This document shows, piece by piece, positions 1-13,032 of a stretch of 64,000 nt of DNA. The DNA is from Eledone cirrhosa. Taxonomy: Eukaryota. The notes beneath the pieces were generated by a model. The model had not been told where the DNA came from. It made no database searches and was given only the letters and a program-made list of their open reading frames with translations. Each line of letters starts with the position of its first letter. The stretch's first letter is position 1. The position numbers and the translations under genes were made by a program. The stretch spans positions 9,920,001 through 9,984,000 of the forward strand of contig OZ024766.1 in NCBI GenBank assembly GCA_964016885.1, read 5' to 3'.

Positions 1-52
1 GGTGATAACTCGTATGAACATAAAGCAAGATAAATGCAACTGTAATAATATT

Positions 53-257
53 AATAGAATACAAAAGATAGTACTAATGAGAACTGGCCATATACTAAGG
101 AAGATTCTGTCAATATAAGTACATCACAAGTCTAAACACCTAAAGATGCATGTATGTGTGTATATGTTCCTTCTTGAACATGGTGGACCTTGTTGTCTCT
201 TGCGGTCACTGGTTGTGTCTTGGTGATAACTCGTATGAACATAAAGCAAGATAAATG
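53..257 (+). mobile_element. R4/Dong-like LINE 3' end (second copy at 16763-16967)
   Basis: The 16763 copy translates [19 protein letters not shown] plus 3' UTR; both copies are flanked by TAA-rich sequence. Confidence 0.6.
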
Positions 258-265
258 GAATGACA

Positions 266-455
266 ATAATAATAATTGTTTCTCCTTTTGGCACAAGGCC
301 AGCAATTATCCAAGTGTATTACTGGTACTTTATTTTATCGACCCCGTAAGGATGAAAGGCAAAGTTAACCTTAGAGGGATTTGAACTCAGACCGTAAAGG
401 GACATAACTATGCTGGAAAGCATGGCGTCCGACTCTCTACCGATATTGCCAATCT
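266..455 (-). mobile_element. tRNA-derived SINE family 1 (Nin-like central domain)
   Basis: Minus strand shows A/B boxes, GCCTTTCATCCTTACGGGGTCGATAAA and an (ATT)n tail. Other copies near 17410-17615, 17941-18127, 30545-30690, 40924-41462, 48497-48840 and 56040-56140. Confidence 0.8.
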
Positions 456-459
456 ACTT

Positions 460-877
460 TAAATATATATATACACTAACACACGCATATATATATATAC
501 ACACACATATATATATACACACACACACATATATATATATGCACACAACACACATACATATACACACACACACACACATATATATTTACAAACACACACA
601 CAACACACATATATATATATACACACACACATATATATGCACACAACACATACATATATACACATACACACACACATATATTTACAAACACACACACAAC
701 ACACATATATATATATACACACAAACACATACATATATATATATATATATACATACACACACACACACACATAAATATATACAAACACATACACAACACA
801 TATATATATACACACACACACATATATTCACAAACATACACACACACACCTATATATTCACAAACACACACACAGAC

Positions 878-916
<39 letters not shown>

Positions 917-1025
917 CACTATATATACAATGAAGCGAACCAGACAGTTGGGTACGAATATAATTAGGTTAAGTAAATATACACACACATGTGTGTGCAT
1001 ATATATATATATATATGTATGTATG

Positions 1026-1076
<51 letters not shown>

Positions 1077-2000
1077 ATATATATATATGTATGTACATAT
1101 ATATATATATATGTGTGTGTGCGTGTGTACATATATATATATATACAGATATATATATATATATCTGTATATATATATATATATATATCTGTATATATAT
1201 ATATGTATATATATATATACAGATATATATATACAGATATATATATATAAATATATATATGCATACATATATTCTTACACACACACACACACTCAATGTA
1301 TACCTTTGTGTTTTTCCTAAGTCGCAGGGACAAAGATATCACCACCACCACCACCACCACCTCCAACATCACCACCACCACCTCCACCAACATCACCACC
1401 ACCACCACCACCTCCAACATCACCACCACGACCATCACCACCATCACCTCCACCAACATCAACACAACCACCACCCTCACCACCAACACCATTACCACCA
1501 TCATTACCATCATCACAAACCACCACCACTATCATCGACATCAACACAACCACCGCCCTCACCACCACCACCAACAACAACACTACCCTCATCACCACCA
1601 CCGCCACCACCATCACCACCACCACCACCACTATCAACAACATCCCCATCAACACAGCCACCACTATCAACAATATCACCACCACCAACAACAACAACAC
1701 TACCCTCATCACCACCACTGCCACCACCATCACCACCACCACCAACACTACCCTCATCACCACCACTATCAACAATATCACCACCACCACCACCACCAAC
1801 AACACTACCCTCATCACCACCACCACCACCACCACTATCAACAACATCACCATCAACACTGCCACCACTATCAACAATATCACCACCACCACCAGCACCA
1901 CCACCACAAACATCATCACCACCACTGCCACCATAACCATCACTACGATCACCACCACTAGCATCAACACCAACACAACCACCATCATCACCAGCAACAA
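460..2000. repeat. Compound (TA)/(CA) microsatellite followed by (CAC/CAT/CAA)n low-complexity tract
   Basis: Seen directly. Confidence 0.95.
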
Positions 2001-2175
2001 TTAACATCAACATGTCACGCTTGGGTGGGTTTCCCAGGTTCACCTGCTCACGAGCCTGACAGCCAAGTCAGACGACTTTGTCACGCTTATAAGTCAAAAT
2101 GTTGGCACGATGTTTGAAAACCTTCCCCAACGCCAACCACTTCACACCGAGAAGTGTCTGTTTTCTTAGAGTACC

Positions 2176-4470
2176 AACACGGCCACTTTACAGAGTGTAC
2201 TGGGTGTATTTTATCATGATACCAACACTACCACTTTACAGAGTGTACTGGGTGTATTTTATCATGACACCAACACTACCACTTTACAGAGTGTACTGGG
2301 TGTATTTTATCATGACACCAACACTACCACTTTACAGGGTGTACTGGGTATATTTTATCATGACACCAACACTACCACTTTACAGGGTGTACTGGGTATA
2401 TTTTATCATGACACCAACACTACCACTTTACAGAGTGTACTGGGTGTATTTTATCATGACACCAGCACTACCACTTTACAGAGTGTACTGGGTGTATTAT
2501 ATCATGACACCAACGCTACCACTTTACAGAGTGTACTGGGTGTATTTTATCATGACACCAACACTACCACTTTACAGGGTGTACTGGGTATATTTTATCA
2601 TGACACCAACGCTACCACTTTACAGAGTGTACTGGGTGTATTATATCATGATACCAACACTACCACTTTACAGAGTGTACTGGGTGTATTATATCATGAT
2701 ACCAACACTACCACTTTACAGAGTGTACTGGGTGTATTATATCATGACACCAACACTACCACTTTACAGAGTGTACTGGGTGTATTTTATCATGATACCA
2801 ACACTACCACTTTACAGAGTGTACTGGGTCCATTTTATCATGATACCAACACTAGCACTTTACAGAGTGTACTGGGTGTATTTTATCATGATACCAACAC
2901 TACCACTTTACAGAGTGTACTGGGTGTATTTTATCATGACACCAGCGCTACCACTTTACAGAGAGTACTGGGTACATTTTATCATGATACCAACACTACC
3001 ACTTTACAGAGTGTACTGGGTGTATTTTATCATGATACCAGCACTACCACTTTACAGAGTGTACTGGGTGTATTATATCATGATACCAACACTACCACTT
3101 TACAGAGTGTACTGGGTGTATTATATCATGATACCAACACTACCACTTTACAGAGTGTACTGGGTGTATTATATCATGACACCAACACTACCACTTTACA
3201 GAGTGTACTGGGTGTATTTTATCATGATACCAACACTACCACTTTACAGAGTGTACTGGGTACATTTTATCATGACACCAACACTACCACTTTACAGGGT
3301 GTACTGGGTGTATTTTATCATGATACCAACACTACCACTTTACAGAGTGTACTGGGTGTATTTTATCATGACACCAACACTACCACTTTACAGAGTGTAC
3401 TGGGTGTATGTTATCATGACACCACCACTATCACTTTTCAGAGTGTACTGGGTGTATTTTATCATGACACCAACACTACCACTTTACAGAGTGTACTGGG
3501 TGTATTTTACCATGACACCATCACTACCACTTTACAGAGTGTACTGGGTGTATTATATCATGACACCAACACTACCACTTTACAGAGTGTACTGGGTGTA
3601 TTTTATCATGATACCAACACTACCACTTTACAGAGTGTACTGGGTGTATTTTATCATGACACCAGCGCTACCACTTTACAGAGAGTACTGGGTACATTTT
3701 ATCATGATACCAACACTACCACTTTACAGAGTGTACTGGGTGTATTTTATCATGATACCAGCACTACCACTTTACAGAGTGTACTGGGTGTATTATATCA
3801 TGATACCAACACTACCACTTTACAGAGTGTACTGGGTGTATTATATCATGATACCAACACTACCACTTTACAGAGTGTACTGGGTGTATTATATCATGAC
3901 ACCAACACTACCACTTTACAGAGTGTACTGGGTGTATTTTATCATGATACCAACACTACCACTTTACAGAGTGTACTGGGTACATTTTATCATGACACCA
4001 ACACTACCACTTTACAGGGTGTACTGGGTGTATTTTATCATGATACCAACACTACCACTTTACAGAGTGTACTGGGTGTATTTTATCATGACACCAGCGC
4101 TACCACTTTACAGAGTGTACTGGGTGTATGTTATCATGACACCACCACTATCACTTTTCAGAGTGTACTGGGTGTATTTTATCATGACACCAACACTACC
4201 ACTTTACAGAGTGTACTGGGTGTATTTTACCATGACACCATCACTACCACTTTACAGAGTGTACTGGGTGTATTATATCATGACACCAACACTACCACTT
4301 TACAGAGTGTACTGGGTGTATTGTATCATGACACCAACACTACCACTTTACAGAGTGTACTGGGTGTATTGTATCATGACACCAACACTACCACTTTACA
4401 GAGTGTACTGAGTGTATTTTATCATGACACCAACACTACCACTTTACAGAGTGTACTGAGTGTATTTTAT
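2176..4470 (+). repeat. 48-bp minisatellite, ~48 copies, with a 720-bp higher-order duplication
   Basis: Unit ccactttacagagtgtactgggtgtattttatcatgacaccaacacta; variants at 2941 and 3421 recur at 3661 and 4141. Confidence 0.97.
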
Positions 4471-4498
4471 GTTCTTTAACCTTCATATCATGTCTCCC

Positions 4499-4569
4499 TA
4501 TTTTATCTGATGATAACGCAGATATCATCCCATGATGATATTTGTTTTTGAAATGCGCATAATAAAATA
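4499..4569 (+). ncRNA. Type I hammerhead ribozyme motif (family A)
   Basis: Stem I TATTTTAT/ATAAAATA; CTGATGA at 4507; ~12-bp stem II hairpin; GAAA at 4550; palindromic stem III ATGCGCAT; predicted cleavage after A4561. Confidence 0.75.
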
Positions 4570-4599
4570 CTTGGAACTCTTTTAACCATCTTTTGATCT

Positions 4600-4636
<37 letters not shown>

Positions 4637-4750
4637 ACCCGTCCCACCCTTGCAAGCAGGGAAAAGCGGACGTATGATGATGATGATGATGATGATATTG
4701 AGTACTTTAGTGCGTTATGGTCCACCTGGTTCCTTACCACATTTCCTTCG

Positions 4751-4791
<41 letters not shown>

Positions 4792-4937
4792 TTCATAGAT
4801 ATATATATACACAGACACAGAGTGGGACTTACGTATAAGCTAAACAAGCTATAGCTTAGGGCCCCCACTTTTTTGGGGCCCCGAAAAAGTACTTTGGTGC
4901 GTTATGGTCCACCTGGTTCCTTACCACATTTCCTTCG

Positions 4938-4972
<35 letters not shown>

Positions 4973-5008
4973 TAGATATATATTCATAGATATATATATA
5001 CACAGACA

Positions 5009-5364
5009 CAGAGTGGGATTTACGTATAAGCTAAACAAGCTATAGCTTAGGGTCCCCACTTTTTTGGGGCCCCGAAAAAAATTGAAAAAAAAAAAATCCT
5101 CAAAAAACGGTGTGTACATTTCCAAAATATAAGATAAAAAAAAGAACTAAAATAATTGTTTCTACGTTAGGCACAAGGCCAGCAATTACCCAGTGTATTA
5201 CTGGTAAGGATGAAAGGCAAAGAACTAAAATGATGAAATAGCTTTAAACGGTTTTCGGCTTTAATATTGAACGTTTTGCAGTTTTTATAACATTTTTTAT
5301 AACATATAAAGGGCCCCATTATCTCAAATAACTTAGGGCCTCATCAAATCTAAATCCGGCCCTG
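5009..5364. mobile_element. hAT-like MITE
   Basis: Degenerate TIR cagagtgggattta / taaatccggccctg; near-TSD cacagaca/cacacaca. The 5' end is locally duplicated (~4700-4890). Confidence 0.55.
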
Positions 5365-5442
5365 CACACACACCTGACAGACATATTGAGACGGAATAAC
5401 AATTCTACCACGTTTTACTCAGAAACTTCTAGTCAATACACC

Positions 5443-5498
<56 letters not shown>

Positions 5499-5720
5499 AA
5501 AGTTCTATTTAAATTGTTGGGATACAACAAGCAAATATTTTTATAACTGATATAAAGCACTCAACAAGTATTTGGAGTAAATATACGATATTAACAAATG
5601 GAAACTATATTTATAAAACGTAGATTTGTAAATTTATAAATATATAATAAATTGAAGTGAAAGCAACTGGTGCGTGTGTTTCTTATTGGCAACATGACCC
5701 TCCCAAAGTATAACCATATT

Positions 5721-5785
5721 TATTTTATTATACATATTTCAAGGATACCATGGTAAATTATGGTATGCTTTCATCAGATAAAATA
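5721..5785 (-). ncRNA. Type I hammerhead motif (family A), left arm of a fold-back
   Basis: Reverse complement reads tattttat CTGATGA aagcataccat..atggtatcctt GAAA tatgta TA ataaaata. Confidence 0.75.
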
Positions 5786-5916
5786 TAATATAGAGCAGTT
5801 TTATAAATAAATATTGACATACCCTTAAAAAATGCAACCATCCGGGAGCTTCCAACAGTAATGGTTGCATTTTTTAAGGGTATGTCAATATTTATTGATA
5901 AAACTGATCTATATTG

Positions 5917-5981
5917 TATTTTGTCTGATGAAAGCACACCATAATTTAACGTGGTGTCCTTGAAATATGTATAATAAAATA
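5917..5981 (+). ncRNA. Type I hammerhead motif (family A), right arm of a fold-back
   Basis: tattttgt CTGATGA aagcacaccat..gtggtgtcctt GAAA tatgta TA ataaaata. Confidence 0.75.
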
Positions 5982-6256
5982 AATATGGTTTTATAAATAT
6001 AGTTTCCATTTGTTAATATCGTATATATATAAATATTTATTAAAATAACAGATTTTTGCTCTACGGTTCTTATATATTTGATATATATTTATCCTTATCG
6101 AGCCCTCTTTGGATTTTAGTCTTCACATTTATTATTATTACTATATATATATATATAGGAACGAGTACACACTCTACTGCCCTAAGTATTGAGAACTTTG
6201 GTGCGTTATGGTCCATCTGGTTCCTTACATTTCCTTCGTTATATATATATATATAT

Positions 6257-6603
6257 GGAGACACATGGCTTAGTGGTTAGAGCATTGGCCTTGCAATCGA
6301 AAGGCTGTGAGTTCAATTCTCAGACCGGGTGATGTGTTGTTTCCTTGAGCAAGACACTTTATTTCACATTGCTCCAGTTTACTCAGCTGTAGAAATGAAA
6401 TGATAGGGACTGGGGTCCCTATCATTCCACTGTAAAGTGGTCGTGGAGGTGCCACGGCAAAAAAAGCACCCAGCACTCACTGTAAATGAGGTTGGTGTTA
6501 GGAAGGGCATCCAGCTGTAGAAATCAAGCCAGAATCAGTTCCCGTCCCACCCTTGCAAGCAGGGAAAAGCGGACGTAAAATGAAATGATGAAATGATGAA
6601 ATG
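6257..6603 (+). mobile_element. tRNA-derived SINE family 2 (CORE-like domain, RTE-type tail)
   Basis: A box TGGCTTAGTGG, B box GAGTTCAATTC, CCTTGAGCAAGACACTT, (TGA)n tail. Copies near 10205, 10632(-), 13222, 44931, 45345(-), 47238, 51735(-), 54575(-), 56170 and 56465. Confidence 0.85.
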
Positions 6604-7362
6604 ATATATATATGATGATGGCTGCCTCCTCGTTATCGAGTATGGCCATTGCACGAGAAAAAAAAATATATATATATACATATATATTAATAACAATAAT
6701 AATAACGACAACAACAATAATAATATACATATATATATACACACGCGCACACACAAACATATCTATATGTATATATACATATGTATATATATATACACCC
6801 ATATACACACACACCCATATACACATATAACACATACATCCATATACATACGTATATACATACATACATACATACATACACACACACATATATATATATA
6901 GACATTCATACATATAATATATATATATACACACACACATATATACACACACACATATATACATACATACATACATAGATTCACACATACATATATGCGT
7001 AGAACAAAAAGTATTTATAAATTTAGTGTACATACATTCTTCGGTGATGATTTTAAAAGATATGGAAGAAAAGTTTTGTAATTAAGTTATAAATGATATA
7101 TACATATATATAAACTTTCTATGGGTACTATGCTAGTATATATATATATATATATATACATACAGGGTGTCGCAAAAATGTATACACACTTCAACAGATA
7201 TTGACTCTACAGGAATATAATCATACATACACACACACATGTATTTTTTTAAAAGATATATTCCTTTAATGTTACAATATTAAAGAAAATGTAAAGGAAG
7301 GGGTGAACAACGGAGCCAACACCAGAGGAAAAGACAGCAACGAGGGGTACTGGGCAACCTCT

Positions 7363-8215
7363 CTAATGATTTTTGAGGCAAGCCAGCACACTGGCAGTGT
7401 TACCTCGAGTGATGGCGAGGCTGATGCGCTGAAACAGCCAAGCACCCTCGCGAGATTCGCCAGTCACCTCTATTAGGCGAGCCGCCAGTGAGGAAAGGAA
7501 CCTCGCAGTCAGCGGCCCGACTCCCCCAAATGTCTCGAAAGTCACAGGGTGAAAAATGTAGCTGGCTGCCGACAGATCAGAGTATTTGAGGGTCTCACTC
7601 CGCTCGGCTGCAGAAGCTGTGGCTCTCGTCCTAACCGCAGCATCCAGGATGTGGGAAAGAACAAAAGAGTCACTAACAGTGACGTCCCAGACAGGGCACC
7701 TGCCTCTCGTCCAGGGACACAGGGTAAGGCCGTCAGGTCTTTTGCCGTCACTTCTGGACAACCCAGATGGTTCCAAGACTGAGGGGATATTCGCCCGGGC
7801 CAAAGCTCTCTTCAGAATGGGGTTTAGCTCTGTGTGACGTGCGAAGCGGCCGGCATTGAGGCGGCAAGAAAGACCGTGGAGTCGAGGAGTTTGCCGCATC
7901 GGCACCTCAAACTCATGCAGACGTCAGCTCCCACTCCGAGGGCGATGGAGACACGAAGTTCGTCCAGGCTGAGTAGGCCACCCACGTTGGCCACGGGTAG
8001 GGCATCAACCCAGTCGCCTCAGTATTTGGCGCTGGCAGATAGTAAGCGGCACCTTGCAAACTGATCTGACTGGACGAAGAGGGAGTCGAAGGTGGCCTTC
8101 GAACTTATGCTGTCCCAAGCTCTCTGACTTCGACTGTCCTACAATTTCTCAGGAGGAGACAAGCCCAACTCACTCCATTGCTGGGGAGCTTCACCCAACT
8201 CCCTGCAGCTTAACT
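7363..8215 (-). mobile_element. CRE-like non-LTR retrotransposon fragment (zinc knuckle + restriction-like endonuclease), frameshifted
   Basis: CRCG..LHGLSC..GRFARH..LN; LEPSGLSRSDGKRPDG; WDVTVSD; FETFGG; QRISLAITRGN. Confidence 0.8.
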
Positions 8216-8640
8216 ATGAGAAAGTGAACTCTTTAACTGACATTAAGGTATTGTTCTCAAAATAAATAACATCACAGGAGACAAGCCCAACTCACTCCAT
8301 TGCTGGGGAGCTTCATCTAACTCCCTGCAGCTTAACTATGAGAAAGTGAACTCTTTAACTGACATTAAGGTATTGTTCTCAAAATAAATAACATCACAGG
8401 AGACAAGCCCAACTCACTCCATTGCTGGGGAGCTTCATCTAACTCCCTGCAGCTTAACTATGAGAAAGTGAACTCTTTAACTGACATTAAGGTATTGTTC
8501 TCAAAATAAATAACATCACAGGAGACAAGCCCAACTCACTCCATTGCTGGGGAGCTTCATCTAACTCCCTGCAGCTTAACTATGAGAAAGTTAACCCTTT
8601 AACTGACATTAAGGTATTGTTCCCAAAATAAATAACATCA
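8154..8640 (+). repeat. 122-bp tandem repeat, 4 copies
   Basis: Period from gacaagccc at 8158, 8280, 8402 and 8524. Confidence 0.95.
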
Positions 8641-8717
8641 TGAAAACCCCCTAGGTTCGATATTATCTGAGATAAAGCCTTTAATGTGAAAATATAATAG
8701 AGTAATGAAAGGGTTAA
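8591..8717. mobile_element. piggyBac-like MITE, short unexpanded form
   Basis: TTAA-CCCTTT...AAAGGG-TTAA. Confidence 0.75.
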
Positions 8718-9107
8718 AGAAAGTTTTGTCCACCCTGATAATAGATATGTATCAAAAGAAAGATATATTTTAATCTTAATATATATATATATATACACGT
8801 ATAAAAGTATATATATATATATATATATACTTTTATACGTGTAACCAACTTTTATACGTATATATATATATATATATATATATATACGTATAAAAGTTGG
8901 TTAGTTTCCATCAAATACTTATATATATGTATATGTGTGTGTATATATATACAACAAAGTTCTTTGTATATATATATATATATACACACACATATAAATA
9001 TATACAAAGAACCTTTTGTTATATATATACACATATATGTGTGTATGTATATATATATATGTGTGTGTTTGTGTATAATTATCGCTGTTGTTTTTATAAG
9101 ATACGTC

Positions 9108-9146
<39 letters not shown>

Positions 9147-9219
9147 TTATTTATTTATTTATTTATTAAAATAACAGATTACAGTTTAAGCAAAGAATCG
9201 GTGCTTTCACCCTTATTAT

Positions 9220-9261
<42 letters not shown>

Positions 9262-9502
9262 TATATATACACACACAAACATATATATATATACACACAC
9301 AAACATATATATACGTAGTTTAAAGTAAAAATATGAAGACATGGGCCAAAATAATGGAAAAAGATCTACAAAGAGACAGAGAAAGTCGACAGACTGACAG
9401 ACAGGCGACAGTCTGACAGACAGGCGACAGTCTGACAGAGAGAGAGAGAATTAAGGATAGAAAACATGTTGAAGCTGTGAAGAGAATCAGTTAAAAACTT
9501 AC

Positions 9503-9511
9503 CTCGGCCAT
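9503..9511 (-). CDS. Probable first coding micro-exon (Met-Ala-Glu) of an unidentified gene running toward the left edge
   Basis: Minus strand reads ctaaaATGGCCGAG|GTAAGT: good Kozak context and a consensus donor, in non-repetitive sequence. Confidence 0.5.
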
Positions 9512-9539
9512 TTTAGATAGTGTTTACTGGGGAATAGGT

Positions 9540-9549
9540 GTCATGTGAC
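9540..9549. promoter_or_regulatory. E-box/M-box (GTCATGTGAC) upstream of the MAE exon
   Basis: Near-palindromic bHLH-ZIP (MITF/TFE/USF-type) site about 30 nt upstream of the ATG. Confidence 0.35.
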
Positions 9550-9580
9550 ATGGTTACTAGGGAAGCTTGGAGTGGCGGTT

Positions 9581-9857
9581 AGAGGTAGTGTTGTGAGGCG
9601 GTAGGTAGTGTTATGGTGGTGGTTCTAGAGAGTGACAGTGGGAGGTAGTGTTGTGAGGCGGTAGGTAGTGTTGTGGTGGTGGTTCTAGAGAGTGACAGTG
9701 GGAGGTAGTGTTGTGAGGTGGTAGGTAGTGTTGTAGTGGTGGTTCTAGAGAGTGACGGTGGGAGGTAGTGTTGTGAGGTGGTAGGTAGTGTTGTGGTGGT
9801 GGTTCTAGAGAGTGACAGTGGGAGGTAGTGTTGTGAGGTGGTAGGTAGTGTTGTGGT
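9581..9857 (+). repeat. 60-bp G/T-rich tandem repeat, ~4.5 copies
   Basis: Lines 9601-9841 repeat with period 60. Confidence 0.9.
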
Positions 9858-10083
9858 GTGGGGTGGTGGTGGGAGGTAGTGTTGTGTGGTGGTGGTGGTG
9901 GGAGGTACCGTTGTGGTGTGGTGGTGATGCTAGTGATAGAGGGGTGAAGTTTGGAGTGGTGGTGTTGTGGTGTGGTGGACGTGGTGGTGTGAGGTACTGT
10001 TGTGGTAGATGATACAGTGTGGTGGTGATGGTGGGAATTATTTACAAGAATGCAGGGAGTTGTATATAGAGGGTGTTGGTGGA

Positions 10084-10202
<119 letters not shown>

Positions 10203-11316
10203 ATACAATGGCTTAGTGGTTAGATCATTGGCCTTGCAATCGAAAGGTTGTGAGTTCAATTCTCAGACCGGGTGATGTGTTGTTTCCTTGAGCAAGACAC
10301 TTTATTTCACATTGCTCCAGTTTACTCAGCTGTAGAAAGGAGATGATAGGGACTGGGGTCCCTATCATTCCACTGCAAAGTGGTTGTGGAGGTGCCAAGG
10401 CAAAAAAAGCACCCAGCACTCACTGTAAATGAGGTTGGTGTTAGGAAGGGCATCCAGCTGTAGAAATCAAGCCAGAATCAGTTCCCGTCCCACCCTTGCA
10501 AGCAGGGAAAAGCGGACGTAAAATGATGATGATGATGAAAATGATGATGAATATATTAATAAAAGGAAACTATATTTATAAAACCATATTTGTTTTATTA
10601 TATATATATATTTCAAGGGCAACCAAGGCAATTTACAGTGAGTGCTGGGTGCTTTTTTGCCGTGGCACCTCCACGACCACTTTGTAGTGGAATGATATGG
10701 ACCCCAGTCCCTATCATCTCATTTCTACAGCTGAGTAAACTGGAGCAATGTGAAATAAAGTGTCTTGCTCAAGGAAACAACACATCACCCGGTCTGAGAA
10801 TTGAACTCACAACCTTTCGATTGCAAGGCCAATGCTCTAACCACAAAATTATGGTGCGCTTTCATCAGATAAAATACAGATCAACAAGCTTAAACATTTT
10901 TATAACTAATATAAAGCACTCAATATCGTCCCAGGGTGATATTTGTTTTTGAAATGCGCATAATAAAATATATGGAACTTTTTTAACCATCTTTTAATTT
11001 CTTCTTATATATACTCCAGTTCTATCAACTGTTGAGTGCTTCTTATCTGATATAAGCATAGTTTTATTGTTCTACAATAAAACTCACCTCCTACATTATA
11101 TATATATATATATATATATGTACGTTATTCCGGGTTGAATCGGAGGTAACCACAGTAAGTAAGGTACTCAATACATAGCAGAGTATAAAAGTTTTAATAT
11201 AGATGAGATTCTACAGGACTAAAACTGTTTCATTCTTTAGAAATCATCAGGAATCTCTGATGATTTCTAAAGAATGAAACAGGTACTCAATACATAGCAG
11301 AGTATAAAAGTTTTAA

Positions 11317-11423
11317 TATAGATGAGATTCTACAGGACTAGAACTGTTTCATTCTTTAGAAATCATCAGGAATCCTGATGATTTCTAAAGAATGAAACAG
11401 TTCTAGTCCTGTAGAATCTCATC

Positions 11424-11427
<4 letters not shown>
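11317..11427. ncRNA. Palindrome with a hammerhead-like core on each strand (family B)
   Basis: ~55-bp arms around a 1-nt centre; CTGATGA-tttctaaagaat-GAAAC-agttcta-GTC; stem I weak. Relatives at 11200-11282, 14580-14620, 15551-15601, 49985-50035 and 53442-53492. Confidence 0.5.
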
Positions 11428-11456
<29 letters not shown>

Positions 11457-11833
11457 ATATATATATATTAAAAAGTAGAGATAAAGACTCACATTAATCC
11501 CCTATAATTTAAGGAGCTCAAGGAATTAATTCCGGCTCATTATAAATCAATATATAGAGAGAAGTACACATAGAGATACGTGTTTAATCATAGGGGATCA
11601 AAAACCTTTTTTATCCCCTATGATTGAACATATATCTCTGTGTGCACCTCTCTCTATATTATATATATATATGTATATATAACCAAAGATTAATATGGTT
11701 TGTTGATTAATCAACGAATACAATTTTACAATAGATTAGAAGCACTTGACAAGAGATTTTCCTGGAGTATTTGATATTATTCAAAATGTTAATAATTGAA
11801 AAATATTCTCGTAATCAAAATATATATTTTATT

Positions 11834-11869
<36 letters not shown>

Positions 11870-12541
11870 GTTTAACGTCCGTGTTCCACGCTTGCATGGG
11901 TTTGGACGGGGGTTTTCCCACTTGAGGCAAGAGTGGTTGTCTTGCTCGCATAGGACTGTCTGGCAGGTTTTCTACAGTTGGATGCCCTTCCTAACACCAA
12001 CCACATTTACAGTGTGGGTCTGGGAGGTTTTTACCGTGTTGCCTACACGGCCACATTACAGCGTGGACTGTGTGTTTTTTTGTCGTGACACCTACACGAT
12101 CTCATTTGTTTCGGCCTGGATGGTGTGGCACCAACATAACTTTACATAGAAGGGGGACATATTTCAAAGGTACAATGGTGTTTAAGTACGTTTTCATCAG
12201 ACAAAATGTAAGATTTGATATGAGAGACATACCGCTACGGATTTGATTATTCAATTCTAGTATTGGCAGTGATTTATTTCACCAAATCTCAACACTTTTA
12301 TACTACAAATAATACAATAAACTTAAAGAAGAAGAAGGACGTGCATCCGTCTTCTATATTTCTACATTGCTATACATCCTTTTCTTCTTTAAGTTTATTA
12401 TATTATTTGTGGTATAAAAACTTTGAGATTTGGTGAAATAAATCACTGCCAATACTAGAATTGAATAATCAAATCCGTAGCGGTATGTCTCATATCAAAT
12501 CTTATATTTTGTCTGATGAAAACGTACTTAAACACCATTGT

Positions 12542-12952
12542 CATCATCATCATCATCATCATCATCATCACCGTTTTACGTCCGTTCTTCCAAGCTAGCA
12601 TGGGTTAGACGGGTTGTCCTGTTGTGGGCAGTGTCTGGTCGGTTGACCATGCCTTGCTCATACAGGAACTGATTCTGGATTGATTTCTACAGCTGGATGC
12701 CCTTCCTAACACCAACCTCATTTACAGTGAGTGCTGGGTGCTTTTTCGTGGCGCCTACACGTACACTTTACAGTGTGGGCTGGGTGCCTTTTGCCGTGGC
12801 ACTTCCACGACCACCTTGCGGTGGGAGGGTGTGGGGGCATATTGTCTATATGCTTCAGCTTGTACCCATGGGAGGTCGGGTACTCTGTATTACTGCGTGA
12901 CGCCAGAGGTCACAGTCGTGTGTCATTGCCTTTGAGAGGTGTAATTGGGTAG
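12542..12952 (-). mobile_element. 5'-truncated RTE LINE with a 55-bp flanking direct repeat
   Basis: (CAT)n tail at left. Same element at 14107-14543 and 41752-42232, where it extends into the ORF end ([17 protein letters not shown]). Confidence 0.8.
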
Positions 12953-12971
12953 GTCTCATATCAAATCTTAC

Positions 12972-13032
12972 ATTTTGTCTGATGAAAACGTACTTAAACA
13001 CCATTGTACCTTTGAAATATGTATAATAAAAT
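12972..13032 (+). ncRNA. Type I hammerhead motif (family A variant)
   Basis: attttgt CTGATGA aaacgtac..gtaccttt GAAA tatgta TA ataaaat. Confidence 0.7.

Larger units (their letters stand above)
5712..5990. repeat. Fold-back inverted repeat, ~130-bp arms
   Basis: 5712-5841 vs 5861-5990; an outer extension pairs 5581-5619 with ~5987-6025. Confidence 0.9.

Noticed and set aside
1303-1340. Exon of the MAE gene (AAG|GTATAC)
   Set aside because: Weak donor, no acceptor, and embedded in microsatellite.
410-2043. His/Pro/Thr/Tyr-Ile-rich ORFs (also 19272-20471 and 14738-15121)
   Set aside because: Microsatellite translations; the last is the antisense of WDR70 exon 17 and its UTR.
2099-4411. 770-aa ORF
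   Set aside because: It is the translation of a 48-bp tandem repeat with no stops in one frame; there is no evidence of coding.
6257-6330. tRNA gene
   Set aside because: A and B boxes are present, but the sequence runs into a multi-copy SINE body; it is a SINE head.
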